From Acutalibacteraceae bacterium (GTDB taxonomy: Bacteria > Bacillota > Clostridia > Oscillospirales > Acutalibacteraceae), in NCBI GenBank assembly GCA_045544055.1, contig JAZPYF010000045.1, forward strand, positions 13,597 through 77,596: a stretch of DNA of 64,000 nucleotides, given 5' to 3'. The translations under genes were made by a program, and so were the position numbers. Below, one piece after another: positions 9,387 through 18,229 of the stretch. Numbering within the stretch: position 1 is the stretch's first letter; each line of letters starts with the position of its first letter. A model generated the notes under the pieces. It worked only from the letters and a program-made list of their open reading frames with translations, made no database searches and was not told where the DNA came from.

Positions 9387-10196
9387 ATGTCTACAAGAGA
9401 CGAAGTTTTTACCAATAAAATTTTCCTCTGTGCTGCGATCCCGCTTATCAAGGTCATTGCCAACGATGTTCCTAACCTTGCAAAGAAGTTTGAGCACGCT
9501 CACTCTATCTACCAGATCAGTGCGCTTTGCCCCGATGTTCCCGAGGGTAAGGTCGGCACACACCTTGTTGTCAACAACGGTGAGTGGATAGTTCACACAG
9601 ATAAGCTCACAAACAACGCTCATGTAGAGCTTGAGTTCAAGAGCATTGAGGCTCTCAACGCTTTCTTCAAGGGTCAGATTAAGCCGCAGTACCTCCCCAA
9701 AATGAAGGGCCTTGCAAAGCACACAGGTGCATTTGCCTCCTTCATGATGGTTCTTCTTAAAATGTCCTCTCTCCTCACGGCTAAAGAGCCTCCGCAGGAT
9801 GAGGAAACAAAGAAGCTTCTTGTAAAGTGCTACTTCTACCTGCTCTCCAGCGGTATCAGCACACTTAACAAGAACGGTCACGAGGCAGTCCACGATTGGA
9901 CTTCAAAGAGTCCCGACCGTGTTTACTCCTGGGCTGTTGACGGCTACCCCGAGGTCAGCGCATATATCAGAATCAAGGCAGGTAAGTCAAGAGCAGGCAG
10001 AGGCGAGTACAAGCGTGCAATGCCGTTCTTCACAATGCGCTTTGATAACTTTGACAGCGCTCTCGGTATCCTTATGCAGACAGACGATATGCTCGAATCC
10101 GTTAAGTCAGGTAAGCTCATTATGGACGGTGCTCCCGAATTTGGTGCACAGCTTGGTGACTTCATGATTCAGGTCGGCGCATACGCACAGGGCTAA
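9387..10196 (+). CDS. hypothetical protein with SCP2-like C-terminus; paralogue of 5371-6129
   Basis: ATG 9387 preferred over the track's TTG 9378 (GAAAGGA upstream). C-terminal SVKSGKLIMDGAPEFGAQLGDFM aligns with GEGKIEMKGMINMIDNL of the first copy. The central acidic linker (KEPPQDEETKK versus RPTPEDLEDRE) is also shared. Confidence 0.45.
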   Translation: MSTRDEVFTNKIFLCAAIPLIKVIANDVPNLAKKFEHAHSIYQISALCPDVPEGKVGTHLVVNNGEWIVHTDKLTNNAHVELEFKSIEALNAFFKGQIKPQYLPKMKGLAKHTGAFASFMMVLLKMSSLLTAKEPPQDEETKKLLVKCYFYLLSSGISTLNKNGHEAVHDWTSKSPDRVYSWAVDGYPEVSAYIRIKAGKSRAGRGEYKRAMPFFTMRFDNFDSALGILMQTDDMLESVKSGKLIMDGAPEFGAQLGDFMIQVGAYAQG

Positions 10197-10330
10197 TAGA
10201 AAAAAGGTACAGGGCAGTATGTTTTACTGCTCTGTATATGCCTTAATTTATAACAGAAAGGAAAAGATACCGGGCACTAAGCGTTGCTTTTTTATCAGTC
10301 TTTAGTGTACACCGTGTATCGCACCGTGAT

Positions 10331-11350
10331 ATGAAAGTATTTATGATTGGCGGCACAGGTCTGCTCGGCAGCGAAGCCGCAAGAATTTTTATCGAGAGAG
10401 GCCACCAGGTCAAGAGCGTTGCTCTTCCTCCTCTTCCCGAAGGAGCTCCTATCCCTGAAGAGATGGAAATTGAGCTTTGCAACATCTATGAAAAGTCTGA
10501 CGAAGAAATCAAGGAAATGATGAAAGGCTGTGACTGCTTCGTATTTGCAGCAGGTATCGACGAGCGCGTTGAATTCCCTGCTCCCGTATATGATGCTTAC
10601 TACAAGTACAACATTGCTCCTCTCAAGAGATTTCTTCCCCTCTGTAAGGAAATCGGCATGAAGAATGCTGTTATCCTCGGCTCATACTTTGCATACCTTG
10701 CAAAAGAGCGTCCCGATATGAAGCTCACAGAGAAGCATCCCTACATCCGCAGCAGAATTGACCAGGAAGAGGTTGCTTTTTCCTATGCTGATGAGAACTT
10801 TGATGTTGCTGTTCTTGAGCTGCCCTATATCTTTGGCACTCAGCCCGGCAGAAAGCCCGTTTGGGTTATTCTCATTGAGCAGATCAAGATGATGGATAAG
10901 CTGCCCTGCACAATGTACCCGGGCGGCGGTACAGCAATGCTTACTGTTCGTCAGGTTGGCCAGGTTATTGTCGGCGCTGCAGAAAAGTCAAAGGGCGCTA
11001 AGGCATGGCCTATCAGTATGTACAACCAGACATGGAAGAAATTCCTCAAGATTGTATATGCAGCAAGAGGTATGGGTGAAAACCGCAAGATTATCAGCGT
11101 TCCCCCCTGGATGATGCGTATGGGTCTTGGCAAGGTCAAGAAGGAATATGCTGAAAAGGGCATTGAGAGCGGTATTGATGTTGACGGACTTGCAGATATC
11201 ATGGATATCAACCTCTTTATCGACCGTAAGTATTCTGTTGAGCTCGGCGCAACAGAGGACGATATCAAGGCAGCTATCACCGATTCAATCAAGGTCAGCC
11301 AGGCTTCCTATGACGGTACAGTCAAGCTCCTTGAAATGAAGGGCGAATAA
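10331..11350 (+). CDS. NAD(P)-dependent oxidoreductase, extended-SDR / epimerase-dehydratase family
   Basis: 339 aa. N-terminal Rossmann motif MKVFMIGGTGLLGSEAA. Separated from the upstream gene by 134 nt containing an imperfect hairpin (10210-10242). Confidence 0.75.
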   Translation: MKVFMIGGTGLLGSEAARIFIERGHQVKSVALPPLPEGAPIPEEMEIELCNIYEKSDEEIKEMMKGCDCFVFAAGIDERVEFPAPVYDAYYKYNIAPLKRFLPLCKEIGMKNAVILGSYFAYLAKERPDMKLTEKHPYIRSRIDQEEVAFSYADENFDVAVLELPYIFGTQPGRKPVWVILIEQIKMMDKLPCTMYPGGGTAMLTVRQVGQVIVGAAEKSKGAKAWPISMYNQTWKKFLKIVYAARGMGENRKIISVPPWMMRMGLGKVKKEYAEKGIESGIDVDGLADIMDINLFIDRKYSVELGATEDDIKAAITDSIKVSQASYDGTVKLLEMKGE

Positions 11351-11411
11351 GCAATGTTTCGGTAAGTGCAATGCACAGATCAAGCTGTGCGCACCGAAAT
11401 TAAGATAGTAT

Positions 11412-11449
11412 AAAAAAGAACTCCTGATATTTTTATCGGGAGTTCTTTT
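11412..11449. terminator. bidirectional rho-independent terminator between the SDR gene (+) and rpiB (-)
   Basis: Stem GAACTCCTGAT / ATCGGGAGTTC (one G-U pair), flanked by an A-run upstream and TTTT downstream. Confidence 0.75.
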
Positions 11450-11502
11450 GCTCTTTTGTTGTCAGTTGTCATTCTGAGCTATGCTCAGAATCTTAAAATA
11501 AT

Positions 11503-11931
11503 TTATTCCAGCATATCCACTCTGTTCTTGTGTCTGCCGCCCTCAAATTTGCCGCTGAGCCAGCTTTCAGTAATCATCAAAGCCAGGTCCCTGCCCACAA
11601 CTCTTGCGCCGATTGCAAGCACGTTTGTATCGTTATGCTGACGGGAGAGCAGGGCTGAATACGGCTCGCTGCACACAACCGCACGAATACCTTTCACCTT
11701 GTTTGCGGCAATTGAAATTCCGACGCCCGTGCCGCAAATCAGTATCCCTTTCTCACATTCGCCGCTTGCAACAGCCTGAGCTACTGCCTTGCCGAAAACA
11801 GGATAGTCCGTACGCTCGGTACCGTGTGTACCGAAATCCTTAATGCTGTATCCTTTTTCACGCAAAAAGTCGATTATATGGTTTTTCAGCTCAAATCCAA
11901 CGTGGTCACAGCCGATTGCAATCTGCATCAT
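11503..11931 (-). CDS. rpiB: ribose-5-phosphate isomerase B / allose-6-phosphate isomerase (RpiB/LacAB family)
   Basis: 142 aa. IAIGCDHVGFELK and GILICGTGVGISIAANK motifs. ATG overlaps the stop of the upstream gene (ATGA). Confidence 0.88.
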   Translation of the reverse strand: MMQIAIGCDHVGFELKNHIIDFLREKGYSIKDFGTHGTERTDYPVFGKAVAQAVASGECEKGILICGTGVGISIAANKVKGIRAVVCSEPYSALLSRQHNDTNVLAIGARVVGRDLALMITESWLSGKFEGGRHKNRVDMLE

Positions 11932-12941
11932 TTTACGTTTTCTTTTGTAACAACATAGGAATCAACGGGTATGGTCTGCGGCGTTGCGTTGGGGTCGAAT
12001 TTAGGTTTGCTCTTTGCCGCCTCAACCATTTTTCGCAGTGAGGTTGCACCGATTTCGGCAGGGTCCTGCGCAACTGTTGCACTGAGCTGACCTGCGCGTA
12101 TTGATTCGAGCGCCTCTGCTGAGCCGTCTGTACCTACAACAATAATTTTGCCGAGCTTGTCAGCGTTGATTACTGCCTGAAGAGCGCCGAGCGCCATTGT
12201 ATCGTTACAGCAGTAAATTGCCTTGAGGTCGGGGTACATCTGGATATATCCCGTTGCGGTATCAAGCGCCTTCTGTCTGTCCCAGTCAGCAGGCTGTGAA
12301 GCAACAAGTTTTATGCCTTCTGTTGCTTTGAATGTCTTTGTTGCGCCTGCTTTTCTGGATTCACCTGAGGCGTTGCCTGCCTTACCCTCGATAATTGCAA
12401 CGTCGCCGCCGCTTTTGCCGAGCTGATTTATAATGAACTTTGCGCCTCTCTCACCGACAGCCTCATTGTCTGTTGTAGCAAAGGCTATTACGCTTCCGCC
12501 TGCGTTACGCAGGGAATCAATGTCAATTTTTTCATCAATGTTCATCACATAGATTCCTTTTTCATTCGCCTGCACAATGCCGTTGATAAGGTTTGTGGGG
12601 GAGAGGGGAGCTACGCCGATTGCCTTATAGCTTTTGGTCAGACAGTTTTCGAGTATGGTGAGCTGACCTGCGGTGTCCTCTTCATTTTGTGCGGCGAAAA
12701 TATCAACCTTTACGCCGAGCTTCTTTGCTTCCTCTTCAATTCCCGATTTCATCTTTGCCCAGAAATCGTTGGAGAGTGTTTTGAGGATTATTGCATAATC
12801 CGAATTGCCGGATGCCATGTCGGAAACACCTGAAGAATTGGGGTTGGTTTTGTCAGCAGGGTCATTGCCGCCGCAGGCTGTGAGAGTTAAACAAATCAGA
12901 GCCAGAGTGAGCAGGACTGCCGATATTTTTCTTACCTTCAT
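11928..12941 (-). CDS. sugar ABC transporter substrate-binding lipoprotein (RbsB/AlsB-like)
   Basis: Lipobox LTLTACGG, periplasmic-binding-protein fold type I pattern. Start set to the second ATG (12941), which has AAGAGGT 7 nt upstream. The track start 12959 is also possible. Confidence 0.8.
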   Translation of the reverse strand: MKVRKISAVLLTLALICLTLTACGGNDPADKTNPNSSGVSDMASGNSDYAIILKTLSNDFWAKMKSGIEEEAKKLGVKVDIFAAQNEEDTAGQLTILENCLTKSYKAIGVAPLSPTNLINGIVQANEKGIYVMNIDEKIDIDSLRNAGGSVIAFATTDNEAVGERGAKFIINQLGKSGGDVAIIEGKAGNASGESRKAGATKTFKATEGIKLVASQPADWDRQKALDTATGYIQMYPDLKAIYCCNDTMALGALQAVINADKLGKIIVVGTDGSAEALESIRAGQLSATVAQDPAEIGATSLRKMVEAAKSKPKFDPNATPQTIPVDSYVVTKENVK

Positions 12942-12955
12942 ATTATTACCTCTTT

Positions 12956-13888
12956 TCATTTGTTTGTTATATTATTCCCGATTTGTCTGAGATATTCATT
13001 CAGCGCATAATCTCCGCTGCCGAAAACACCGCTTTGCTGGTCGTGTCGGGTGAAAATGATGTTAAGATTCTTTTCGGGATAGGGCTTGCGCACATAAAAC
13101 CGGATGGCGTCGCTGAGCACATCTTTCGGAAAGCCCTCCATATCAACAACTCCGCCGCCGATTATACTGCAGTCCGGGTCTAAAATGTTGATCTGCGTTG
13201 CAATCGGTACGGCAAGGTCACGAGCGAATTTTTTAATCTGAGGATCGTCAGCGTGCTTTGCAAATATTTTTTTGATATCTGTATGCGGGAAAAAACGCTT
13301 TGCCAATGCTTCAAGTGCCTTGCCCGAACAGCGTGTTTCAATGCAGCCTGTGTTGCCGCAGGTGCATTTTTCAGTGCTGTCCAGAATCGGTATATGTCCA
13401 AGCTCTCCTGCCGCTCCGTTGCTTCCTCCGTAAAATCTGCCGCCGATTGATATTGCGTTGCCAAAGCCCGTTCCTATATAAAAGCCGAGCACGGTTTTTT
13501 CGCCGGAAAGACCGAGCTTTGATATATCGTTCTGCAACAGGAAGTTGACATCTCTGTCCACATAAACTGGAAAGCCGAGCGCTTCTTCAAAATCCTGTGC
13601 GAAGCTTACACCGTCGAATCCCTTGAGGTTAGGAGAAGAGAGTACGGATTTTTTGTCCTTGCTTACAAGGGCAGGCAAGCCGATTCCGCAAGCCTTGATT
13701 CTGCCCTCAAAGCCGCTGTCCTTAAGATAGGTGACTATTGCACCCTTGAGAGCGTTTACGGTGTCACCCTCTTCAAAAATTAGGCTTGAAGAGCGCGTGA
13801 AAGCGTAAATCTGACCGTCTCCGCCAACAACGCCCATACGGAAGTTTGTGCCGCCGATATCAATTCCGAGTGCGAAAATATCGCTCAA
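12956..13888 (-). CDS. ROK-family sugar kinase (AlsK-like)
   Basis: 310 aa. N-terminal LGIDIGGTNFR ATP motif and ROK zinc motif GHIPILDSTEKCTCGNTGCIE. TTG start overlaps the upstream stop (TTGA), with GGGAGGG 6 nt upstream. Confidence 0.85.
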   Translation of the reverse strand: MSDIFALGIDIGGTNFRMGVVGGDGQIYAFTRSSSLIFEEGDTVNALKGAIVTYLKDSGFEGRIKACGIGLPALVSKDKKSVLSSPNLKGFDGVSFAQDFEEALGFPVYVDRDVNFLLQNDISKLGLSGEKTVLGFYIGTGFGNAISIGGRFYGGSNGAAGELGHIPILDSTEKCTCGNTGCIETRCSGKALEALAKRFFPHTDIKKIFAKHADDPQIKKFARDLAVPIATQINILDPDCSIIGGGVVDMEGFPKDVLSDAIRFYVRKPYPEKNLNIIFTRHDQQSGVFGSGDYALNEYLRQIGNNITNK

Positions 13889-14574
13889 TTTTTACCCTCC
13901 CTGTCGGTTGCGTTGATGAAATCCGCCTGCATTTTGTCCCACGCTTTTTCAAGGCTGCAGTCAAGCGAAAAAAGCCCCGAAGTGCCTACAACAAAGCATT
14001 CGGCACCTGCCGAATAAAGCTCACCGAATGTGCCGGCGTTGCACGAGCCGTCAACCTCGATGATATAGTTATATCCGTTTTTCTCTTTAAGTGTGCGTGC
14101 CTGCTCAATTTTAGTGAGCATTTCACGGATGAACGGCTGACCTGCAAAGCCGGGGTCAACTGTCATGATTGTGATTTTGTCGAGCAGGTGCAGATAATAC
14201 TGTGCTGTTGAGAGTGGAGTTGCAGGGTTGAGGACAATGCCTGCCTTGCATCCGCAGGATTTTATTGTGCCGATTGTACGGAATGCGTTTGCGGTAATCG
14301 TTTCCGCCTGAGGGCATATATACGAGGCACCTGCCGCCTTGAGCGGAGCAATGTAATCGGCAGGGTTTGTGACCATAAGGTGGCAGTCGAGCGGTCGCTT
14401 CGCCACGGTAGAAACCGCACGCACAAAGTCGGGCGAGAGAGTGAGATTCGGCACATAGTGACCGTCCATTATATCAATGTGGTAAAAATCACAGCGAGTA
14501 TTGAGTGTTTGGATTTGTTCTTTGATGTTGAGAAAGTCCATGCACATAAGTGACGGGCTGAAAAGAGCTGACAC
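13885..14574 (-). CDS. ribulose-phosphate 3-epimerase family protein (allulose-6-phosphate 3-epimerase-like)
   Basis: 229 aa. SLMCMDF...HIDIMDGHYVPN and MTVDPGFAGQ motifs. GTG start with AGGAGGT 7 nt upstream. Confidence 0.85.
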   Translation of the reverse strand: MSALFSPSLMCMDFLNIKEQIQTLNTRCDFYHIDIMDGHYVPNLTLSPDFVRAVSTVAKRPLDCHLMVTNPADYIAPLKAAGASYICPQAETITANAFRTIGTIKSCGCKAGIVLNPATPLSTAQYYLHLLDKITIMTVDPGFAGQPFIREMLTKIEQARTLKEKNGYNYIIEVDGSCNAGTFGELYSAGAECFVVGTSGLFSLDCSLEKAWDKMQADFINATDREGKN

Positions 14575-14586
14575 AGCTTATACCTC

Positions 14587-15555
14587 CTATTTCTTTCCCG
14601 CTACAAAGCGGTCGAGTGTTACCGAGCCGATAATAAGCGCACCCATTACAACCTGCTGAAGCGTGCTTGATACGGAGAGAAGATTCATGCCGAAGTTAAT
14701 TACGCCGATTATCAATCCACCCATTACAACTCCGAAAATTTTGCCCTTGCCGCCAAAAAAGCTTGTACCGCCGATTATTGCTGCGGCAATTGCGTAGGTC
14801 TCAAAGCCTGTTGCTGCCGCAGGCTCAGCCGAGCCTACACGGCCGAGCAGAACAACGCCTGCAATTCCTGCACATATTCCGGAAATCACAAACACAATCA
14901 GCGTGTGGAGCTTTACGTTGATACCCGAGTACCAGGCACTCTCCTTATTGCCGCCCAGTGCGTAGATGTTTCTGCCGAGCTTTGTCTTTTTGGTAAGAAA
15001 AGCCAGCAGCAGCGCAACCGCAAGCGCAATAATTGCCGAAACGGGTATATACACAAGCCTCTGCGCCATAAATTTTGTGAAGCTGCCGGGAAAGCCGAAA
15101 ACGGCGCTTGAGTTTGAAACAATCAGCGTGACACCGCGGAATATTGCCTGAGTGCCGAGCGTAATGATAAAGGGGTGAAGCCGTGTTGCATTGACGAGTA
15201 TTCCGTTGGTAAAACCGAGTATTGCACCGAGAAAAATTCCGAGCATTACGGCAATAAGCGGTGCAGTACCGCCGACCATGAGCTTTGCCGTAAACATTCC
15301 CGACAGCGCAACAACCGAGCCGACAGAAAGGTCAATGCCCGCAATCAGAATTGCAAAAAATTCTCCCAGCGCAATCAGAATGTTTACCGAACTTTGCGAA
15401 AGAATCTGTGTAACTGTTGACGGCTGGAAAAAGTAATTCGGTTTGAGTACGGCGAGTATTAAAAGCAGCAGCACCAGAATGCCGAGCGTGCCGTAGCGCT
15501 GCCATATCTGATTGAAAGACGGTCTTTCGCGTTGAATTTTGTTTTCGGCTGTCAA
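14587..15555 (-). CDS. sugar ABC transporter permease (RbsC/AlsC-like)
   Basis: Polytopic membrane protein. The track ORF (to 15672) carries an Arg-rich, non-membrane N-terminal extension that overlaps the ATPase gene. TTG at 15555 has AAAGGAG 10 nt upstream and overlaps the ATPase stop (TTGA). Confidence 0.85.
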   Translation of the reverse strand: MTAENKIQRERPSFNQIWQRYGTLGILVLLLLILAVLKPNYFFQPSTVTQILSQSSVNILIALGEFFAILIAGIDLSVGSVVALSGMFTAKLMVGGTAPLIAVMLGIFLGAILGFTNGILVNATRLHPFIITLGTQAIFRGVTLIVSNSSAVFGFPGSFTKFMAQRLVYIPVSAIIALAVALLLAFLTKKTKLGRNIYALGGNKESAWYSGINVKLHTLIVFVISGICAGIAGVVLLGRVGSAEPAAATGFETYAIAAAIIGGTSFFGGKGKIFGVVMGGLIIGVINFGMNLLSVSSTLQQVVMGALIIGSVTLDRFVAGKK

Positions 15556-17093
15556 GGTTTGGTTTCTCCTTTCGGCGCGGTTGATGCCGCAATAATTTTT
15601 TCTTCCGTTGCATTTTTGTGGTCGAACATTGCAACGATTTCGCCCTCTCTGAAAACGGCGATAGTGTCGCATACGGCGAGCAGCTCGGGCAGCTCTGAGC
15701 TGACAACAAGCACACCCTTGCCCTCATTTGCAAGCCGTCTCATAAGGGTGTATATTTCGCCCTTTGAGCCGACGTCAATTCCCTTTGTCGGCTCGTCAAA
15801 TATTATGATTTGCGAATTTGCGGCAAGCCATTTGCCGAGAATTACCTTCTGCTGGTTGCCGCCCGAAAGCTCTGTTATTCCCTGCGTTGTCGAGTAGCAT
15901 TTGATGTTGAGGCTTTTTCTTTGTTCCTCTGCCCATCTGTTTTCTTCATCTTTGTCGGTCAGCCCGATCGTGCCGCCGCCCAAAGACTGCTTGACAAACG
16001 GCAGAATGGAAATGTTTTTCTTTATGCTGAAATTGTGGAAAAATCCTGTTTCGCGTCGGTTTTCCGTTACCATTGCCATTGAGTTTTTGATTGCCTGATA
16101 TGGGTTGGATATTTTTACGGGCTTTGAATTTATCAGAATTTCGCCCGAGGTTCTCGGCTCTGCGCCGAATATGGAGTTCATCATCTCGCTGCGTCCCGAG
16201 CCGACAAGCCCCGAAAAACCGAGTATTTCACCGCGCCTTAGCCGAAAGGAAACGTTTTTAACCTTGCCGTCTGCCCTGGAGAGATTTTTCACCTCAAATA
16301 TGGTGTCAGCATCGGAAAAATCATCGGTTTCGCTTTGGTAGCTTTTGCTGATTTGTCTGCCGACCATCATTGTAACAAGGTCATCCTGCGTGACCTCACT
16401 TACCCTTTTTGTGCCGACATAGGTGCCGTCCTTAAGCACGGTCACACGGTCGCCGATTTCCATTATTTCACCGAGCTTGTGCGAAATAAAAACAATTCCC
16501 TTGCCCTCTTTTTTCAGCCGCCTTACAACCTCAAAAAGGTGGCTTACCTCACTTGAGGTGAGTGAGGTTGTCGGTTCATCCATGATAAGAATATTACTGT
16601 TTGCGGCAAGAGCCTTGGCAATTTCAACCTGCTGCTTTTCGGATATGCTCAGCTCCTCAACAAGGGTCTCGGGGCTTCTGTTTAGGCCCACTTTTTTTAT
16701 AAGCTCTGTTGCTTGTTGGTTTATCAGCTTATAGTCCACTACCTTGAGCGGGCCAAGCTTTTTCATCGGCAATCGCCCTATAAAAAGGTTTTCCTGAATT
16801 GAAAGCTCGTTGATAACGCTCAGCTCCTGGTAGATTACGCTGATTCCGTTATCCCTCGAATCTTTCGGCGATAAGCTTTTGAACTCCTGCTCACCGAGAA
16901 CTATACTTCCGCTTGTGGGCTTGTGAACTCCGCTGAGAATTTTCATCAGCGTGGATTTGCCGGCTCCGTTTTCACCCAGCAGCACATGCACTTCTCCTGC
17001 AAGAATTTCAAAGGTGATTCCGCTAAGTGCAGTTACGCCCGGAAATTTTTTTGTGACATCTTTCATTTTTGCCAGCGTTTTTATTGTTATCAC
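15552..17093 (-). CDS. sugar ABC transporter ATP-binding protein with two ABC cassettes (RbsA/AlsA-like)
   Basis: Two Walker A sites (GENGAGKST, GLVGSGRSE) and two signature motifs (LSISEKQ, LSGGNQQ). The start is uncertain: GTG 17093 or ATG 17066. The track's 17171 start adds a non-homologous leader. Confidence 0.85.
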   Translation of the reverse strand: MITIKTLAKMKDVTKKFPGVTALSGITFEILAGEVHVLLGENGAGKSTLMKILSGVHKPTSGSIVLGEQEFKSLSPKDSRDNGISVIYQELSVINELSIQENLFIGRLPMKKLGPLKVVDYKLINQQATELIKKVGLNRSPETLVEELSISEKQQVEIAKALAANSNILIMDEPTTSLTSSEVSHLFEVVRRLKKEGKGIVFISHKLGEIMEIGDRVTVLKDGTYVGTKRVSEVTQDDLVTMMVGRQISKSYQSETDDFSDADTIFEVKNLSRADGKVKNVSFRLRRGEILGFSGLVGSGRSEMMNSIFGAEPRTSGEILINSKPVKISNPYQAIKNSMAMVTENRRETGFFHNFSIKKNISILPFVKQSLGGGTIGLTDKDEENRWAEEQRKSLNIKCYSTTQGITELSGGNQQKVILGKWLAANSQIIIFDEPTKGIDVGSKGEIYTLMRRLANEGKGVLVVSSELPELLAVCDTIAVFREGEIVAMFDHKNATEEKIIAASTAPKGETKP

Positions 17094-17226
17094 ACCTTTT
17101 TGTTTTGGCTTTGCTTTAGTATGCACTTTATCAGCACTTTTTATGAATAATTGAAGAAAACATCTTGACAATACTATGCATATAAAATGTATAATAATAT
17201 AAAGAGAAACCAGAGGAGGTAATGCT

Positions 17227-17832
17227 ATGAATACAGTTATAACAATCAGCCGTGAATTCGGAAGCGGAGGACGTGAGTTTGCACGCCGCCTTGCAAATAA
17301 GCTCGGCTTTGCATATTACGACAGCGAGATAATAACGGAGCTTGCAAAGCGCACCAACCTTGCCGAGGAATATATCACTGCTCTCAACGAGCAAAGCCCT
17401 GCGCCTTTAATCCCGATTACGATCGGCCACACCTTTTCGCCGATGATGGCAGGCGCCTGGGAGCAGCAGACAAATCTTTTTGTTGAGCAGAGCAATCTTC
17501 TAAAGGAGCTTGCCGAAAAGTCAGACTGTGTAATCGTAGGCCGCTGTGCCGATTACAGCCTCAGGGAATTTAATCCCGTCAGAATTAGGCTCTATGCTCA
17601 GCTCGATTCGAGAATTGCACGCTGCAAGGCGAGAGCAGCAGAGGGTGAGAAATATACCGAGCGTGAAATCAAACAGAAAATCCGTGAGGTTGACAAGGCA
17701 AGGGCTAACTATTACAGGTTTTACACCGGCAAAAAATGGGATGACGCTATCAACTACGACTATATGATCAACACAACGGGCAAGGACATAAAGAAGCTCG
17801 CTGAGGATCTGAGTATAATGTTTACAAAATAA
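17227..17832 (+). CDS. cytidylate-kinase-like family protein
   Basis: 201 aa. N-terminal ITISREFGSGGREFARRLANKLGFAYYD is typical of this family. GGAGG RBS. Confidence 0.7.
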   Translation: MNTVITISREFGSGGREFARRLANKLGFAYYDSEIITELAKRTNLAEEYITALNEQSPAPLIPITIGHTFSPMMAGAWEQQTNLFVEQSNLLKELAEKSDCVIVGRCADYSLREFNPVRIRLYAQLDSRIARCKARAAEGEKYTEREIKQKIREVDKARANYYRFYTGKKWDDAINYDYMINTTGKDIKKLAEDLSIMFTK

Positions 17833-17944
17833 AAATAATGGGACGGTATCTGCACCTCAGCGTGTCGGATACCGTCTCTTATATTTGACAAAAATGACAT
17901 TTTATGGTATTTTTCATTTGTAAAAACCGAAAGGAGAATAACTG

Positions 17945-18202
17945 ATGAAGTCAACAGGTATTACAAGACAGATTGACAGCGCAGGCAGAATAGTTTTGCC
18001 CAAGGAGCTGAGAAAAATGCTCGACCTTAAAGAAAATTCCGACTATCTTGAAATTTTCACTCAGGGTGAGTATATAATGCTGCGCAAGTATTCTCCCTCC
18101 TGCATTTTCTGCGAGAGTATGGAGGATGTTGTCGATTTTTCGGGCAAAAAGGTTTGCAGAGCCTGTGCGGCAAAGCTGTTTGAGCGCTCACGCAATCTTT
18201 GA
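17945..18202 (+). CDS. abrB: AbrB-family transition-state regulator with Cys4 C-terminal segment
   Basis: 85 aa. MKSTGITRQIDSAGRIVLPKELRKMLDL matches the AbrB/SpoVT swapped-hairpin N-domain. The C-terminus has CIFC...CRAC. AAAGGAG RBS and a TTGACA-N17-TATTTT promoter upstream. Confidence 0.8.
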   Translation: MKSTGITRQIDSAGRIVLPKELRKMLDLKENSDYLEIFTQGEYIMLRKYSPSCIFCESMEDVVDFSGKKVCRACAAKLFERSRNL

Positions 18203-18229
18203 TTTTTTTCTAAAAGGCAGTGATGAAAT

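Noticed and set aside
14587-15672. Track version of the ABC permease with a 38-aa Arg-rich N-terminal extension. The ATPase likewise has a 26-35-aa leader up to 17171.
   Set aside because: The extensions overlap the upstream gene or lack an RBS, and they do not resemble the protein families. Internal starts with SD sequences and stop/start overlap (TTGA) fit better.
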